A stretch of 64,000 nucleotides of DNA from Lama guanicoe (taxonomy: Eukaryota). Made by a program: the position numbers and the translations under genes. The stretch's first letter is position 1. Every line of letters starts with the position of its first letter. The notes below the pieces were generated by a model. The model had not been told where the DNA came from and did not search any database. It saw nothing but the letters and a program-made list of their open reading frames with translations. The stretch lies in the NCBI GenBank assembly GCA_013239625.1, contig MU055657.1:12197689-12261688 (forward strand), read 5' to 3'. Positions 37,613 to 51,612 of the stretch are shown here, piece after piece.

Positions 37613-40600
37613 GTAAGAGAAAGATACTATTTATTTACTTTGTTTTGTTTCTCCTTAACTAAACACAATATGAATATAAGTGACTTATAATCATTCTTTG
37701 GGCAAATTGAATATAAATCTTGAAATAATCATCACCATCCTTATATGTCCCTGGAAACTTAGCTATCTACTTGCTGAGAGACAGAAGGCAGCTCAGGTAA
37801 AGCAGTAGAAGGGAGTGAGTGGGGTAGGCATAGTGCTAGTCTATGCCCTGTCTATGCTTTGTAGTATTGATGCTAACACTTTTGTCTCTGAATTTGGTTA
37901 AAATTTATTAATGATAGTTAAGTTTTTTAAAAAGCTGACACATCATTAGATTCATTGCCAGCAATATCCTTCATCTTGTTTTCGCAGAGCGTTTTCTGAT
38001 GGTCAGTGGAAATTTTATGAGATTCATTGATTCTTAGATTCATTGTTTGCTGCTTCCACCAAAGAAATGGACCCAAAACTTGATAATGCTTTAGGTAGTA
38101 GTGATTTCACCTTTTTGAGTTTTGTTGGGACATTAAAAAAAGGCAAAATTTTGGAGATGGCAGGAAGGAACCTCAGAGAACTTGTAGCCCAATTAGTTTG
38201 AACAATTTTGCAAACCACTGTTCTGTTTGAATGTATTCAATTTACAGAAGAGGAAATTAAGACTCAGAAAGGTTAAGTGATTTGACCAGGATCAGAGAGA
38301 AAACTAGTGGAAGACTAATAGTAGTTCTGTGATCTGTTAGGCAGTGAATAATTACTGAGCACCTACTGGGTTTGAAGCTTACAACTAGGTATCATTAGTT
38401 GTGCGTCAGGTGTAATTATAGGCTGTGGATGCCAGAAAGAGAATTCAGTAGACATACTCAATCTTATTAACAGCAGGCAATTATCATAGATTAAAGCTAA
38501 TTATGAACTGGGGGCACAGGGATGTGACTCCAAGACAATAATAGGTTGTCAATTTAATATATTACATTTTAGGATACTCCTGTGCCGCTTGCTGAATATA
38601 GAATGTATTGCCAGCTAGTTGCATTTAAAAGAAAAAGAGACATTAAGAAGCTAATTTAATAAAAATGACAGGCAGTGAAATTCATATTCACGGATTCCTA
38701 GGAGTAGAAGCTGTTAGACATGAGCAGAGGCTTAGAGATGACCCAGTCCAATCTCCTCATTTTACAGATGAGAATACTGAGGCCAGGGGCAGGATCCCAC
38801 AGTCTTCTGTGAGTTCTTCTAACTCCCAGCCCAACTCCTGGTCTTTAAACCATAACACATGGGCTTTGATCTTAAAATAAATGAAAGTTGATTCAGCACC
38901 TTGGGAAACGGTGGAGACTCTGCAGCTGGGATTGCTGCTCTTGCCATGGGGCAGCCGAGGGTGTTCTTTACCGCTTCCACAGGGTCACTTCAAGTGACCA
39001 TGGCACAATTATGCCAATGAGTGCAAAACACATTACAGCTTTTGAACTACATGAAAGTAATAATAGCTAAGTATTCCAATGTAGCCCTCTATCCTTAAAG
39101 CAGTAACTTGAGTGGGAAAAATGTTGCATTTTTCCTAGATAAAATTTAGGTTGAAGATTCCTGTGTTTGTAGACTCCAGGGCCTGTAAAAAGTGTCTATA
39201 GATTTGTTGTTTTCAGTTTGTTGAGATGAGTTGCATGATGCTATCAATCAAGGCAACTCAGGACTATTACTGAGATCGCTGTTGTATTAACGCACAGTAT
39301 TGTCTTTTTAGGAGAAGTGGTAAAACATAGCAGGCGTTCATATGTTTTCTAAGCTAGTGTTTCTGAAATTGTGGGTCACAACCCATTAAATGGTCTTGTA
39401 ATTAATTTAGAGAGTGGCAGTCAGCCTCCCCCCCCCCAATTAACTAGAATAAAAGAGTAGAGAATACAAGAGTTCTTATACAGTTAGGGCATAATTTCAT
39501 GAAATTTATGTTTTATTGTGTGTCTGTTGACTGAAAAGAGAAAGTATTGGGCAGTGATGTAAAATGTATTTTTTAATGAGCTTTATGAAATAGTGGTTGT
39601 GAATATTACAGTTCTAAGGTTTTAGGTGAACCAAGTTTTCTGTACCAGGCAGAACAGGGAAAACAGAAGTTCTCATGTTTGTGTTTGCATTTTTAAAATA
39701 AAGCTTACTCTTTTTTCTAAGCTTACTCTTAATTTTGCTGGTAGGTGAGTATTATATGTAGTGACACTAAAAACATAGTGACTGATTTTATGTATTAAAG
39801 GATTGTAGCCTTTGAGCATATTATTTCCTCTACAAAGTTTTATTCTTTGTGTTTTTTCTTTTAATATATGAAGTTAACCTCATTTTAAAGATTGTCTTTC
39901 AGGCATGTTTAATTTTAGATTGTGCAATCAATGTATACAGGAAAATTATGTTTTGGATAGTTTTCATATGCTTTATTATTCCTTTAATAGTATTTGTAGA
40001 CACCAGCTGATTATCTTTAATTGAGAATGTTATTCTTAAAGATAATTCAAAACAGTGAAAATTTATTTAGAGGCTTTCTGTATACCAGGGAGATCTGAGA
40101 AAAGGGATGAAGAGATAAAATTTAGTGAAGCCATGAACTGGGAAGCACATTCTATGGAAAGGCTTAGGGTTCAGGGAGTGAAATGCAGAACTTTTCTCAG
40201 ACTTTTTGATGATTAACCTCTAAGTGCCTCCCCTTCAGTTCCTAACCTTGCATCAGTCTTTTCGAAGAATAAACTGTATTATATTATATTTTATTATATT
40301 TTATATAAAGGAAAAGCACTTTAGGAGAGAAGGAAGTACAGGCAGGTTGTGGTCCAAAATTTACTAGAAGCAGGTGTTATCAATCCTGAGATTTCCTGCC
40401 ATTGCGAGCTATTCTATTTCTTTGAATAAATATTATAAAGTGGTTTAGAGGAACACTTTGAAACATCACTACTCTCCAGCCATAAAAAGTAAAGTATTAT
40501 ACTGAGGCAGTGAATGACAGTAAACCTGTGGGAGGAAATAGTGTTCTCTGAATGAGGAAAGAAACTGGTAGGTTCAACTAGGAAGTGGACAGTTTTCAGA

Positions 40601-41119
40601 CTATGTCACTAATTTGATTATAAACAACTGAGTTTAATTCAGCTTTTTAAGTCATCTTAGAGGAGAGAAAAGTCAGTTTTGATGGATTACCAGATCTCTT
40701 TGCCAAGCCTCATGTTAAGTATAATCCCAGTTTTGAAGCTTATTTTTTTTTAAAAAAGAAATCTTTAGTTGGTGAATATGATTTTAAGAATAACAACATT
40801 CGACATTAGAATCAGTTTGTATCTTCATTCCAGAGTGAGAAGTGGTTAACTGCCAGATGTTGCTATGAACTCTTTGTCCACATGCCCTTGTAGATAGGCT
40901 CTGACAATGAAGTGTGTGAAGTCAGAGTAATTTTTCTTCTGATCCAGTATAATTCATCCTCCCTGGATTGGTTAGAAAATTTATTTCAAGACTATTCTAT
41001 GCCAAACCAATATGTCTCACACTAAATGTTAAAATAGCTAATCCTTTCTTCCAATTCCAACCATTTTAGACCTGTATTATCTCTAATACAAGCTGCTTTA
41101 ATTTTTTTTCTACTTAAAG

Positions 41120-41179
41120 GAGTCAAGATCTTGATAAGCTCATCAAAGTGAATCCGGAAACTCTCACCAACGACCGAAG
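41120..41179 (+). CDS. SCEL: SCEL repeat exon, SQDLDKLIKVNPETLTNDR (60 nt)
   Basis: ttaaag|G...CGAAG|gtaatg. Confidence 0.94.
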
Positions 41180-41318
41180 GTAATGGAACTGTTAATTTCT
41201 GTGCTTTGAGTGGGAAGAATATTTTGTTTCACTATTATTTCAAGCAGATTTATAACCTTAAGATCTTATCAAAAGAACTTTATAATTAACCTGCTTTCTT
41301 TTGTTTTTCTGTTTAAAG

Positions 41319-41378
41319 AAACCAGGATCTCGATAACCTCATCAAAGTGAACCCTGAAGTAATCAGAAGTAATCAAAG
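41319..41378 (+). CDS. SCEL: SCEL repeat exon, NQDLDNLIKVNPEVIRSNQ (60 nt)
   Basis: ttaaag|A...CAAAG|gtaatc. Confidence 0.94.
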
Positions 41379-41517
41379 GTAATCAAATAAAAACAACCAT
41401 TTCCTGTTCTTGCGTCTGTTGCCCCTGAGTGGAGTGGGTTTATATCGCTTTACTGACCCAGCACAAGCAAAAAAACCTGTCACTAATCTGAGTTTATGTT
41501 TTTTCTCTTTTGAATAG

Positions 41518-41574
41518 CAAAGCTTTGGACAGTCTTATTAAAGTGAAACCTTCAGCTCTCAGAGACACAAAGCG
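41518..41574 (+). CDS. SCEL: SCEL repeat exon, KALDSLIKVKPSALRDTK (57 nt)
   Basis: gaatag|C...AAGCG|gtaagt; branch-point-like cactaat at 41481. Confidence 0.94.
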
Positions 41575-44259
41575 GTAAGTGACTTTACCTAACTCTCTTT
41601 TCATGTTCCCAAAGTTCTAGGTTAGGAATTCCCCCCTCCCTCCCTCTCTTTCTCTCTTTCTTCTTTTTTTAAACAAGCCTTTTATTTTTCTTTAGTGTCT
41701 AAATGAGCACACATTTATAGCCCATGTGTTTCCTGCCAGCAGAGAACGTGCTGCAGTCTTCTGGAATCAACTGCACTCTCTTGGCCTCAGTTTGGTACTT
41801 CTTATTTGCACGAAGACAACTTAGTGTTTTGTTGTCTATTGGGAACAGAGTACTGGGACTGAAATGAAAAATTAGTGAAATTTAATTAGAGGAAAACATA
41901 TTTTGGAGAAGCTGAGCCAAACTGGTGATTGCATCTTCATATAGATGCTTACAGAGTGTTGGAAAGGATGTTCAGAGTCTTCAGAATTGCAGATCCACAA
42001 CTCACAAGGGCTCACAAAATATTCCAGCAGATTTTAACCTTGCATTTCCATTTTGAGTTCTGCAAATATCTTATAATTCACTATATGTCATATCTTTCAC
42101 TGAAAGAGCTTATTAATTGCTAACAGATAAATGCACCGGAGTGCACTGTATTAGAAGTCCACATTGTTCTGCTGACCTGAAATTTTGTCATAATAAATAT
42201 GTAGCTGGGAATCATAGTCTCAATATTCTGGGATGAAGAAAGCAAATTAACATATGGAAAAGTGCTTTGAAGCCACTAGGAGAAAGGACGGTGTGATAAC
42301 ACTCATTGGCAAAGGTCTTATGTCTTTTAGTTGGTTTTCTACATTAATGTTTTATTTTGCTTTTTCTGTTTGTGTGTTTTTATCATGAGCTGCTGGGGTG
42401 TCTGAGGTAGGAAGGTACCAAGGCAGTTAAAGAGCAGTTGCTGCTTAGAGAGCAGCATTTATTGAGCACCTCTGACATGCCTTTTTATACATTTAATCCT
42501 CACAACAACCAGCCCCATGAGAAATATATTCATGCAAGCTATTTTATAGAAAAGGAAACTAACTATAGCTAAAATATATTAAATAATCTTCTTCAGAAAG
42601 AAAACACATCCTGGACCTAAACTTGAATTCTTCCGACGTCCCTACTAGAGGAGAACAGGAGATCTGGGGCGAAACAGCTCAGACTCACTTCTCCTTCCCA
42701 TCCTTCATCTCCCTACGGTCCCTTCCTTTCTAATCCCCCTCCGCCACCAGCAGTTAAAGGACTACAGTTAGATACAGCTTTTCTAGAAAATTGTCGTTAA
42801 AATGACAGGAGAGAGAGAAAGTGCTTGTCTCCTAGAGATTTTCTAGTAACTGAAATAACAGCGGACTTTTGGTGTCGACCCTGCCACTGGAAATATCTTT
42901 GTTAAGTAGAACAATGTCTTCATAGTGGCATTGGTTGGGGCAGATTTTTCTTTTTATCAGTAACAGTTTCAGGAGGTTCCCAACCCATGTTGGAAGTGGC
43001 TAGACTTAACCACGTGTGGAATAGCCAACAGTGGCTACTGTAGCCAACTTCTCCCTTAGTGGCTGCTTCCATAAAATGTATCTCTCTCTCTCTCTCCTCC
43101 CCTGTCTCTTTCTCCCTCCCTCTCTCCTGTCCTCCCTCCCTTACTTTCCCCTTATTCTAACTTTCTCGTCTCTCCCTTCCTTCTTCTGGCAAATGTGCTA
43201 TATTGGCAGATAATGGTAACTTTCTCATGAGTTCTGTCTTTTGTTTACTAGAAGGGGCTAATCTTATAAAAAGTTCTTTGTGTTTCAGCAACTCCTAACA
43301 AAATATCTATAAAAAGAGGACATCTTCCTTATACAGACAGGATTACTATAAAGAAGAAATTTTCAAATGTTGACCATTATGTTGTTTTCAGATGGCAGCT
43401 TGATCTACAAATCTCATGTAAGCAGTGTCTGATTATTCTTTAGCATTTACACCAGATTTGATGATAATCAGCCAGGATATTCAAGAATTATTGCAGAACA
43501 AATAGGAACGACTAAGCTGCCCATTTAAAAAAGTGACTTCATTCAATATGTTCAGTCTCTTGTGTCTACAATGTATCTATGTGGCCCACTGGATTTTAAT
43601 GGGTACAGAGAGGGGGCATTTTAACATGCCTCCCTGTAGGAATAACAGCCACAAGGCACTTTTACATCCAATTCAATGTGACAGGAGCTCTGATTATTTA
43701 ATAGTGTAACAGTGGTGAATCAGAGTTCTTTTTATGTGACTTTGCTGACATTTCCAGCAGCTGTATATTTAATTCGCAGTTAGGGGCGGAATAAACTTTA
43801 GTCATTGATCAGAATGTAAGCAGGTGTCCCTGAGCTCCTTCTAGGAACACAACAACCTGAACAAATGTAGATGTGCACAGAATTTTCATTTATTCAGGGA
43901 GAAACTGCATGACTTTTAGCAGTAGCAGTTTCGTGTTTTCATGAGCCAACATTGAAGAGAAATATTCAACTATCTATAGCCTAAAACCAGCTGCTCCCAT
44001 ATGGAGATTGAAAAACATCTAGTGATATAGGTCTTTCCAGTCCATAAAGCATCCTTCATCAGAAGTAGAAAAATTATTCTGAACTATTTGTCCTATTATA
44101 CTTCCATTTATGCAAGAGCTTCGTATTTGCTAAGACATACCTTGTTAGTATTCCAGTAAGAGAATTCCTTCCTATCTTCCTATTGCATACTTCTCATATT
44201 TCTTCTCAAGACAGAAAGCTGGGGGTTGGGGTGGGGTGACCTTGACTGTTTCCATTGCT

Positions 44260-44955
44260 TTGTTCCCCATAATCAACAGGTGACTTTGGATGCTTCTCCT
44301 AGGAGTATCTCAAGAACCAAGACACTTCATCATCCCCACTATTACTGTAGCCCAGATTACTATTACATCTCCTCACCAGTCCCTCTGCTGTCAGTGATAC
44401 CTTCTGCCTGTCAATCCATCTGCCTCACTGTAGAGTGATCTTCTTAAAACACAAACCTGATCACATCTTTCTTCTGATGAAGGCCTTCTGTGGCTTCTCA
44501 TTGCCACCGGACAACAGCTGTACCCCTTAACCTGGTTTCCAAAGCCCACCATGATCTTACCTCCACAGGTCGTCCCACTCCTATTCCTTATTATGCTCCA
44601 CCCACAAGTAAAGCCCACCCACACACTCTCTGACCTGCAGGCGTCTCGCTCCTCCGTCATCGCCATTGCGTGGATAACTGCTACCCATCCATTAGGTGTC
44701 AGCTGAGGTGTCTTTGATTCAGGTTCTGGGAAGCCCAACCTGACCCACCACATCCACATCTGGTCCTTCTAGATGTTTTCAAGCTCTCAGTTTTCTGTCC
44801 CGTAGGTTTTGTCTCTTAAAGGGAATTATTATTTTATCATATCTCTTCAACAATTAGATTTTTAAGGGCAAGAAATGAGTCTGTCTTGTTCACTTCTTCA
44901 TCTACAGTGCATACCACAATGCATGGCACATGTTAGATGATAAATAAATATTCTG
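44260..44955 (+). mobile_element. L2 LINE 3' remnant
   Basis: gtctgtcttgttcact...cacaatgcatggcacat...taaataaatatt L2 terminus; boundaries approximate. Confidence 0.6.
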
Positions 44956-46736
44956 AGTTACAGGCTAAATCTCAAAACTGATCAAGACCCTATGATCATC
45001 CACCGAGGTACAGTCTAATCCTTCTGACACTAACATTCTGAGCCCTCATGAATGAAACCAGACTGGAGGGATCTGATATCTTATGACTGGTCTCCTTGCT
45101 TAAGCCAGCGACTCTGTTTTGAACCATAATCTCAATGAACCATGGTGAATTAGAGTCACTGAAATTCTTGGTCATTTCTTATATTTAAAATACCCAAATT
45201 GTTCACCTTTCTCTATGGACCTGTTAATTTCTTTAATGTAAAGTCTTTAAGATTCCTTCATTGAAACAAATTATAAAAATATCTAAAGCTGCGCCCATTT
45301 TTTTTCAAAGTCAAAAGAATTGAAGAATTATAACAGTGATCTCACTGTATTCTATGCTTCTTTCAGAGAGATAAAGATTCTTTTTGAACTAAAACTTAAA
45401 GCCTAAGATTTAGTTCTTGGCATAAACGAAGTACCATAGTAAATTTTTCAGATGGAGGCTTTTAATTTTGCAAATGTGTTTGATACTCTGCAAAAACAAT
45501 TTAAGTAAGCTGTAGAGAGAGAAACATATTGCAGCTTTTAATAAATACTTCCCACACCCTCACAGGAGAGAAAGAGCAGTTGGGAGAGAGCTGATAGAGT
45601 TCTCTCATGTTGAAAGGAAAAGCTGTATTATAAAGACATGGTAATACCTTGTTTCCCAGAATCTCTATTTTTTTCTTAATCTGCTCTGTAAGGGAGTGCC
45701 ATTCCTTGATGGGGCAGTGAAAAATAACTTACATGATTATAACATGGATAAGTGCTTCTATTCAAAATGTGTGCTATGACTCCACGTAACAGATAACTCA
45801 CATTTTCTCCCAAACATTTTTGAAGTCTACAGAAAGAAAAGCATTTGTAGTTGTTATGGTTAACAAAATTTCTTTTTAGCATTTCTCACCGTATCCACAG
45901 AGAATTGGTTTCTTGAAGTTAGTTCCAACTGCTCATAAAATCACAAAATTATAAGGTCTTCCTTCCACTGAACTGCCACAGAGGTTTGGAATCAAGCCTT
46001 TGTTCGACCCTGCAGCATTTGGCTGGGCTTCTATAAAAATCTATTTTTCACACTTTGACTCACAGCTCTTCATCTTCTGTCACAGTGTAAAAGACACGAT
46101 GCAATAGACATGGTCTTAATTAAGGAATGAAAATTTATTTCTTACTCTCTTCAACTCGGGAAGTTTCTGGGCAATCTGAGCTTCTTTTGTTGGGTCTCCA
46201 CATCTAGCTGATGACATCAGTCAGGGTGAACAACCAAAGCAAATACACATTTTGTACTTTTCATTATCTGAAACTTTGTATTTTACCTTAAATATTAGTA
46301 TAGAGTATTCAGAATAAAATCTTATAATCCATTCTGCCAAACTTGATATGTGACACTGTTTAATAAAAACAGCAAAAATTCTATGAAGCTATTAATGGCA
46401 TCATTTATTCCGTGATGCACAATTAAATTCCTTTGGGAGTGTGCCTCTTTGAAGGCAAGCATAGGTTCCAATTTTGCATTGTTTACCTGGAGTGGTTGGA
46501 TTTGTGAGATTCTGGCTTCTTCTCCTTGCTTAGGTCTAAGCCCATTGCCACTCTCCCTCATGGTAGCTAGGGTCCAAAAGACGTGAGTCCTGGAGGTGTG
46601 GCAGGGGGCAGGTGTAGGCAGATCAAAGAAGCAGCATCTGCGGCAGCCAAGAGTGGAAAGTGCCGAGCAGGTAAGGACATCCAGCATCAGGCTGAGAAAT
46701 TAAATGTAGTCATGCTGTGAGGGCAGAGGGAAATCG

Positions 46737-47138
46737 ATACTAGTTTGTAGGGCTGCCATCACAAGTACTGCAGCCTGGGAGGCTTAAAACAGAAATTTAT
46801 TTCTCACTATTTTGGAGGCTCAAAGTCCAAGATCAAAATGTCGGTAGAGTTGGTTCCTCCTGAAGGCCCAGAGGGAAGGGGCTATTCCAGACCTCTCTCC
46901 TTGGCTTATAGAGGGCTGTCTTTACCCTGTGTCTTCATTTTGTCTTCCATCTGTGAGTCTAAATTTCTTCTTCTGATAGAGATGCCAATCATATTGGATT
47001 AGGGCCCACCCTAATGATCTCATTTGAACTTGATTATCTCCGTAAAGACCCTATCTCCAAATAAAGTCCCATTTGGACATACTGGCATTAGGACTTCAGC
47101 ATATAAATTTGGTGGGGTGCCAAAATTCGACCCATAAG
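46737..47138 (-). mobile_element. MLT1B/C-type MaLR LTR
   Basis: gggctgccatcacaagtac...cagaaatttatttctcac...tggattagggcccaccctaatga...aggacttcagcatataaatttgg. Confidence 0.8.
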
Positions 47139-49463
47139 GAAATGTTCCAAAATAAGGAAACAAAGCCAGGGGTGGGAGCTGTGTTAAAAAGGAAAGAAAT
47201 GTGTGCAATTCAGAGGCGATGTAAGGCAGGTTCTGGGTGATGGACACAAATGGAGGTAAAGTGTCCATCACTGTCTCTACTGAGCTTTTCTGCCTGGTCA
47301 TGGTGCACACTGTGTAGCTCGATGTGGGCGGAGTTGACTGCCTTAAAGGTTTTGGAGATTAGTATCTTTCCCTTGGGTCCCTTTCATGTCTTTTCCCAGG
47401 GCCAGGTAAGGTAGCAATAGATTTCCACCAGAGAAGGAGAAAAAGAGAATTTGAATGGACTTAATGCCACAAGCATTTTTGGAGCAGCTACTGCAGGGCA
47501 AGGCCATGTTAGGCCACTAGTAATGTGATTGTACTCTCAAGTCATAAAGAAAAACACCAGCTTCTTTAAAAAATGTCACTCAGTTCATCCAAGGTTACCT
47601 TTGGAGGGAGAATCACTTTCTGGGACAGAACTCTAATTCCCCAAGATTCACGTTTCCTAGTGATCTCTCACCATTTCCCATGGTCAACCATCCCAGTCTG
47701 ACATTCCTAGAACACTGGATAACAGAAGACCATGATACTCCACTTAATTTTATTCCGTTATCCCCAAGTATTTGGTAAAGTATTATTTTAAAATGTTAAG
47801 GGGAGAATCATTTCATGCTGAGGCTGTTAAAATAGTATGGTGACCCCTGAGGCTAAGAAGTAATTAGGGAAGGACCGTCAGGGGTCAGGCAAATACAAAG
47901 CCTCCTGTTTCTGTTTCTCAGCTTGAAGGATGCCACCTGGGAGGTTTCCTCACCCAGTCCTAGCAGTTATGTTGAGGAAGTTAGTTTTGAATTTTATATC
48001 ATTCTGACTGCAGAATCAAACGATTTTGATACTCCTGAGCTGCTTCTGAAATCCTGTACTTTTTACATATATTAATTGGCATATTTTCTACTATCATTCA
48101 CATTAAAAAATAATTTAACTAATTTCTACATTTTTCAAAGATGTGCAGCTAGTATGTTAAATGTGAGGTTTAAGTGTAGCTGTGGAATGCTGTCTAATTA
48201 GCATATTTATCAATTATTGATGGTTTGGATATTATATAAAAAGAGTATTAAATCTCATTCCACATAAATATGAGGACTTTTAATATTAATTTTCATCCTT
48301 ATCAATATTAATTTTGTGAGAGTCCATACACTGATTCCATGTAAAACAGCCTTACTTGAAATCTATTCAGGATCAGAGAAGGGAGATTTATGAAAACCAG
48401 ATTTGATTCTGAAGATGTGAAAAGTTAGGGTAGAAATAAAAATGAAAATGTAGTCCCTCAAAATTTTGGAATCCATATTGCCTACTGCTGTGTCATTACA
48501 CTTCTGTTAACTATCACTTACTTATTTTTATTCAGTTCACTCACCACTGTGGTGATCGTGCCCACAAATTTTATTTACATGAAGTCATGTATTCTCACCG
48601 CAACCTTATAGGATTAGGTATTATTATCCTAGTTTGCAAAAGGAAACTGAGAAATGTCGACTAACTCGCCCAAGGAAATAGGAGAAGTCATGGCCTCACT
48701 CTGACTCTTAAACCATCCTCCGCACCAATAGAGTTTGTGACAAAGACTCTTCCAAACTCATGGGGAAGAAAAAAGAGCTACCAGTATTATAGCAAATATA
48801 TAAATAATAAATAAATAACATACCAGAGGACATTGTATCTCATGAAGATGTGTCAAACCATTATCATGGCACAAGATTTAAGAATCAAATTGTCCCATTT
48901 ATCCTCCACATGATGAATTGTTTGTTCACATTTTGAGTTGACTTCTCATGTTTCTATCATGCAAAAAGCTGGAATGAAGTCTCTAAACATTTAAGATTTG
49001 GTTTCAGATGGGCAGGTCGCTCAGCCTCAAATCTTGACTCTTTTACAAATTCACTAAGTGACCTTGGAAAATTCCCTTAGCCTGAGCCCCATATGCTGTC
49101 CTGCAAGATTTTGTGAGCTCTGAATGAGATAATCCATGTAGAAATACACAAGTTAGTACTTCGTGACACAAAGTTAGTATTCATTCAAAGTTAGCTGAAT
49201 GTGAATATCATTCAGTTGTTTCTTTTCAGACCAGATTTCACAAACCTTCCGAAAAATTAGTTCTTTATTTCTCTCTCACGAGGGTAATCCACCCTCATAC
49301 TTGAGTTGTATAGATCAAAAAATTCAATATCAGATTTTGTATGTCCCTTATTCTAAAAGATCACAAATGACTGCATCTAAGATTACGTACTGATCTTTTA
49401 AAATGTTATTCTAATGTTTATTTCCTAAAATTATATGTAACTAAATATTTTTTTTCCCTGTAG

Positions 49464-49526
49464 AGACCAGAACCTGGAAAATTTAACTGAAGTAAATTCA
49501 AACATGTCTAAGAATAAGAATGGAAA
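49464..49526 (+). CDS. SCEL: SCEL last repeat exon, DQNLENLTEVNSNMSKNKNG (63 nt)
   Basis: ccctgtag|A...GGAAA|gtaagg. Confidence 0.93.
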
Positions 49527-51029
49527 GTAAGGCTTATTATAATTTATGTTTTTCTTATGAATTCCATATGAACTTGCATAAATTATATAACCTTGGAAGA
49601 TTTTCTGAGAAGTTGAACTATACTATGATATTTAAGTATAAATATTTTCTGAATACAAAAAAAAACCAATGTACAGGGTGCTTAATAGCTGATTTGGGGA
49701 AAAGTTAACAAAATTTAAATGCTGTTAGAATTTCTGACTAAGGGCCTGCTGTTCAGTGGTTTAGTGTAAAAGGCATCATGGAAATTCAGTGCTCTGCACT
49801 TGGACTGTGAAGATTTATTTTTGCTCACTGTTGCTTGGTAGGTTTTCAGTGTGCAGAAAGCACTCTGGGAATCTTCCTTGGATACCTAGTGCTAAAAGAA
49901 TGCACAGACTCATCGCAGCCACAAAACAGGACCTAATTTTGGAATTTCTTGACACCACAAAGTATACTGGCTTTAAAACTGTTGTACTTTGTTTCTTCTA
50001 CAAGGAAGGTTAGGATAGAAGCTATACTTCATTGTTGTTACAGATTGTTTAAATTAGGAAAGAATTTTAAAAGCCTTCCATGTTTAACTGTTCTCCCCCC
50101 ACCTTCCTAAAAACAATGGCTTCTATTTTTAACCTTCTTAAGGTACGGCTGCCTTTTCTGTTAAAAAAAAAGTATGTAAAGAAATGATATTGTTGATATT
50201 GGGTGCAGAGAGTGGAAAAGCAGGAAAAGAGCTGGTTCACTGTTTGGTTGATTGTTCATGCCTCTAAGGGGATCTTGCGTATGTTTGGCTCTTCCCCAGA
50301 TCATCTGCTTTCATGTTATTGATCCCAGGCAAGCCTTTGATAGAATGAGGGAGGAAACGTTTTCAATAGGATCTATTGGAAAACATCTACTGTTTTGGAA
50401 ATAGTACCAGGCTTACAATTAACCACTCTCATTCAAATATTATTTGGAAGTGATCCAGGTTAAAAAAAAGACAAGTAAATGATTAAGTATACTCAAGGAA
50501 GTTCCCAGAGGATGTGATGTGAGAGGTGTTCCAACTTCAGTTGGGCTTGTTCATGAAACTGGGTTTTGTTGGAAGGATTAATGGGGAAATGGAAATTCAA
50601 AAGCAGGAATGGTAGCATGGCCAGGCTCCATAAGGCCTGAAACACTGTCCGTTCTTGACCAGGGGACACTCCATCAGGAATTCCTGGACATTATAACCTT
50701 CGTTCTTTGTCATTATTGTAGTTCAGCTACTTCCTGGGTGTTGTTGGCTTCTGCTGATTTTTCTCCTGCTCTTCCCTCTGCTTATTGGCTTCCTTATTCT
50801 CTATGCTGTAGCTGTTTGATAACCAAGAACTTTAGCTATCTCCCAGTTTCTCCTTCCTCATAACTCCACCTTCCTCTAGCTTGCCATGGTCTGTCTGATC
50901 TCCTTTGGTAAGGCAGTGTGGTTGTGGCCATCTGCACAGAAGAGGGTGTGTGGATGGAAAACACCACGGTTGACTTGGTTCACTCTTTGAATGTATTCAC
51001 TTTGTATAGTAATTGGAGGTCCACATAAA

Positions 51030-51612
51030 TATATGTTTTCTAATTAGTATATTCACAGAGTTGTACAACCATCACCACAATCAATTTCAGAACCTTTTCA
51101 TCACCTCAAAAAGAAACCCCATATCCACTAGCAGTCACACATCATTTTCCTCCAACCCTTGGGACCTTGGTGACTACTAATCTACTTTCTGCCTCTTTGA
51201 ATTTCCTATTCCGGACATTTCATATAAACAGAACCATGGAATAGGTTGTCCTTTGTGACTGGCTCTTTTCACTTAGCATAATGTGTTCCGGATTCACCCA
51301 TGTTGTAGCATGTATCAATATTTTATTTCCTTTTATTGTCAAATATTCCATTGAATGAATAAATCGAATTTTATTTGTTCATCAATTGGTAGGCATTTGG
51401 GTTGTTTCCATTATTGGACTATAATTCACCATTATTAACAATGCTGCTATAAACGTTCATATGTAAGTTTTTGGGTCGAAGTGTTTTCATTTATCTTATA
51501 CCTAGGAAGTGGAGTTGGTGGTTCCTGTAGTAACTCCATTTGAGGAACTGCCAGACTGTTGTTCAAATCAGCTGTACCATTTGATGTTCTTACCAGCCGT
51601 AGATGAAGGTGC
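51030..51612 (-). mobile_element. Old L1 (L1MB-like) 3' fragment
   Basis: tattcacagagttgtacaaccatcaccacaatc...tttcacttagcataatg...tgaggaactgccagactgtt. Confidence 0.8.

Noticed and set aside
38065-38094. caaag...CTTGATAAT...ag|gtagt, LDN-like
   Set aside because: Wrong register relative to the acceptor and only three matching residues.
44964-45007. AG...GAG|gtacag exon-like segment
   Set aside because: 44 nt, frame-breaking, weak pyrimidine tract and no similarity to sciellin.
45311-45345. ttttcaaag acceptor followed by SKELKN-like codons
   Set aside because: Needs several indels and has no donor at the expected distance.
18924-49526. CRISPR-like reading of dispersed repeats
   Set aside because: Eukaryotic DNA; the repeats are spliced coding exons separated by introns of irregular length.
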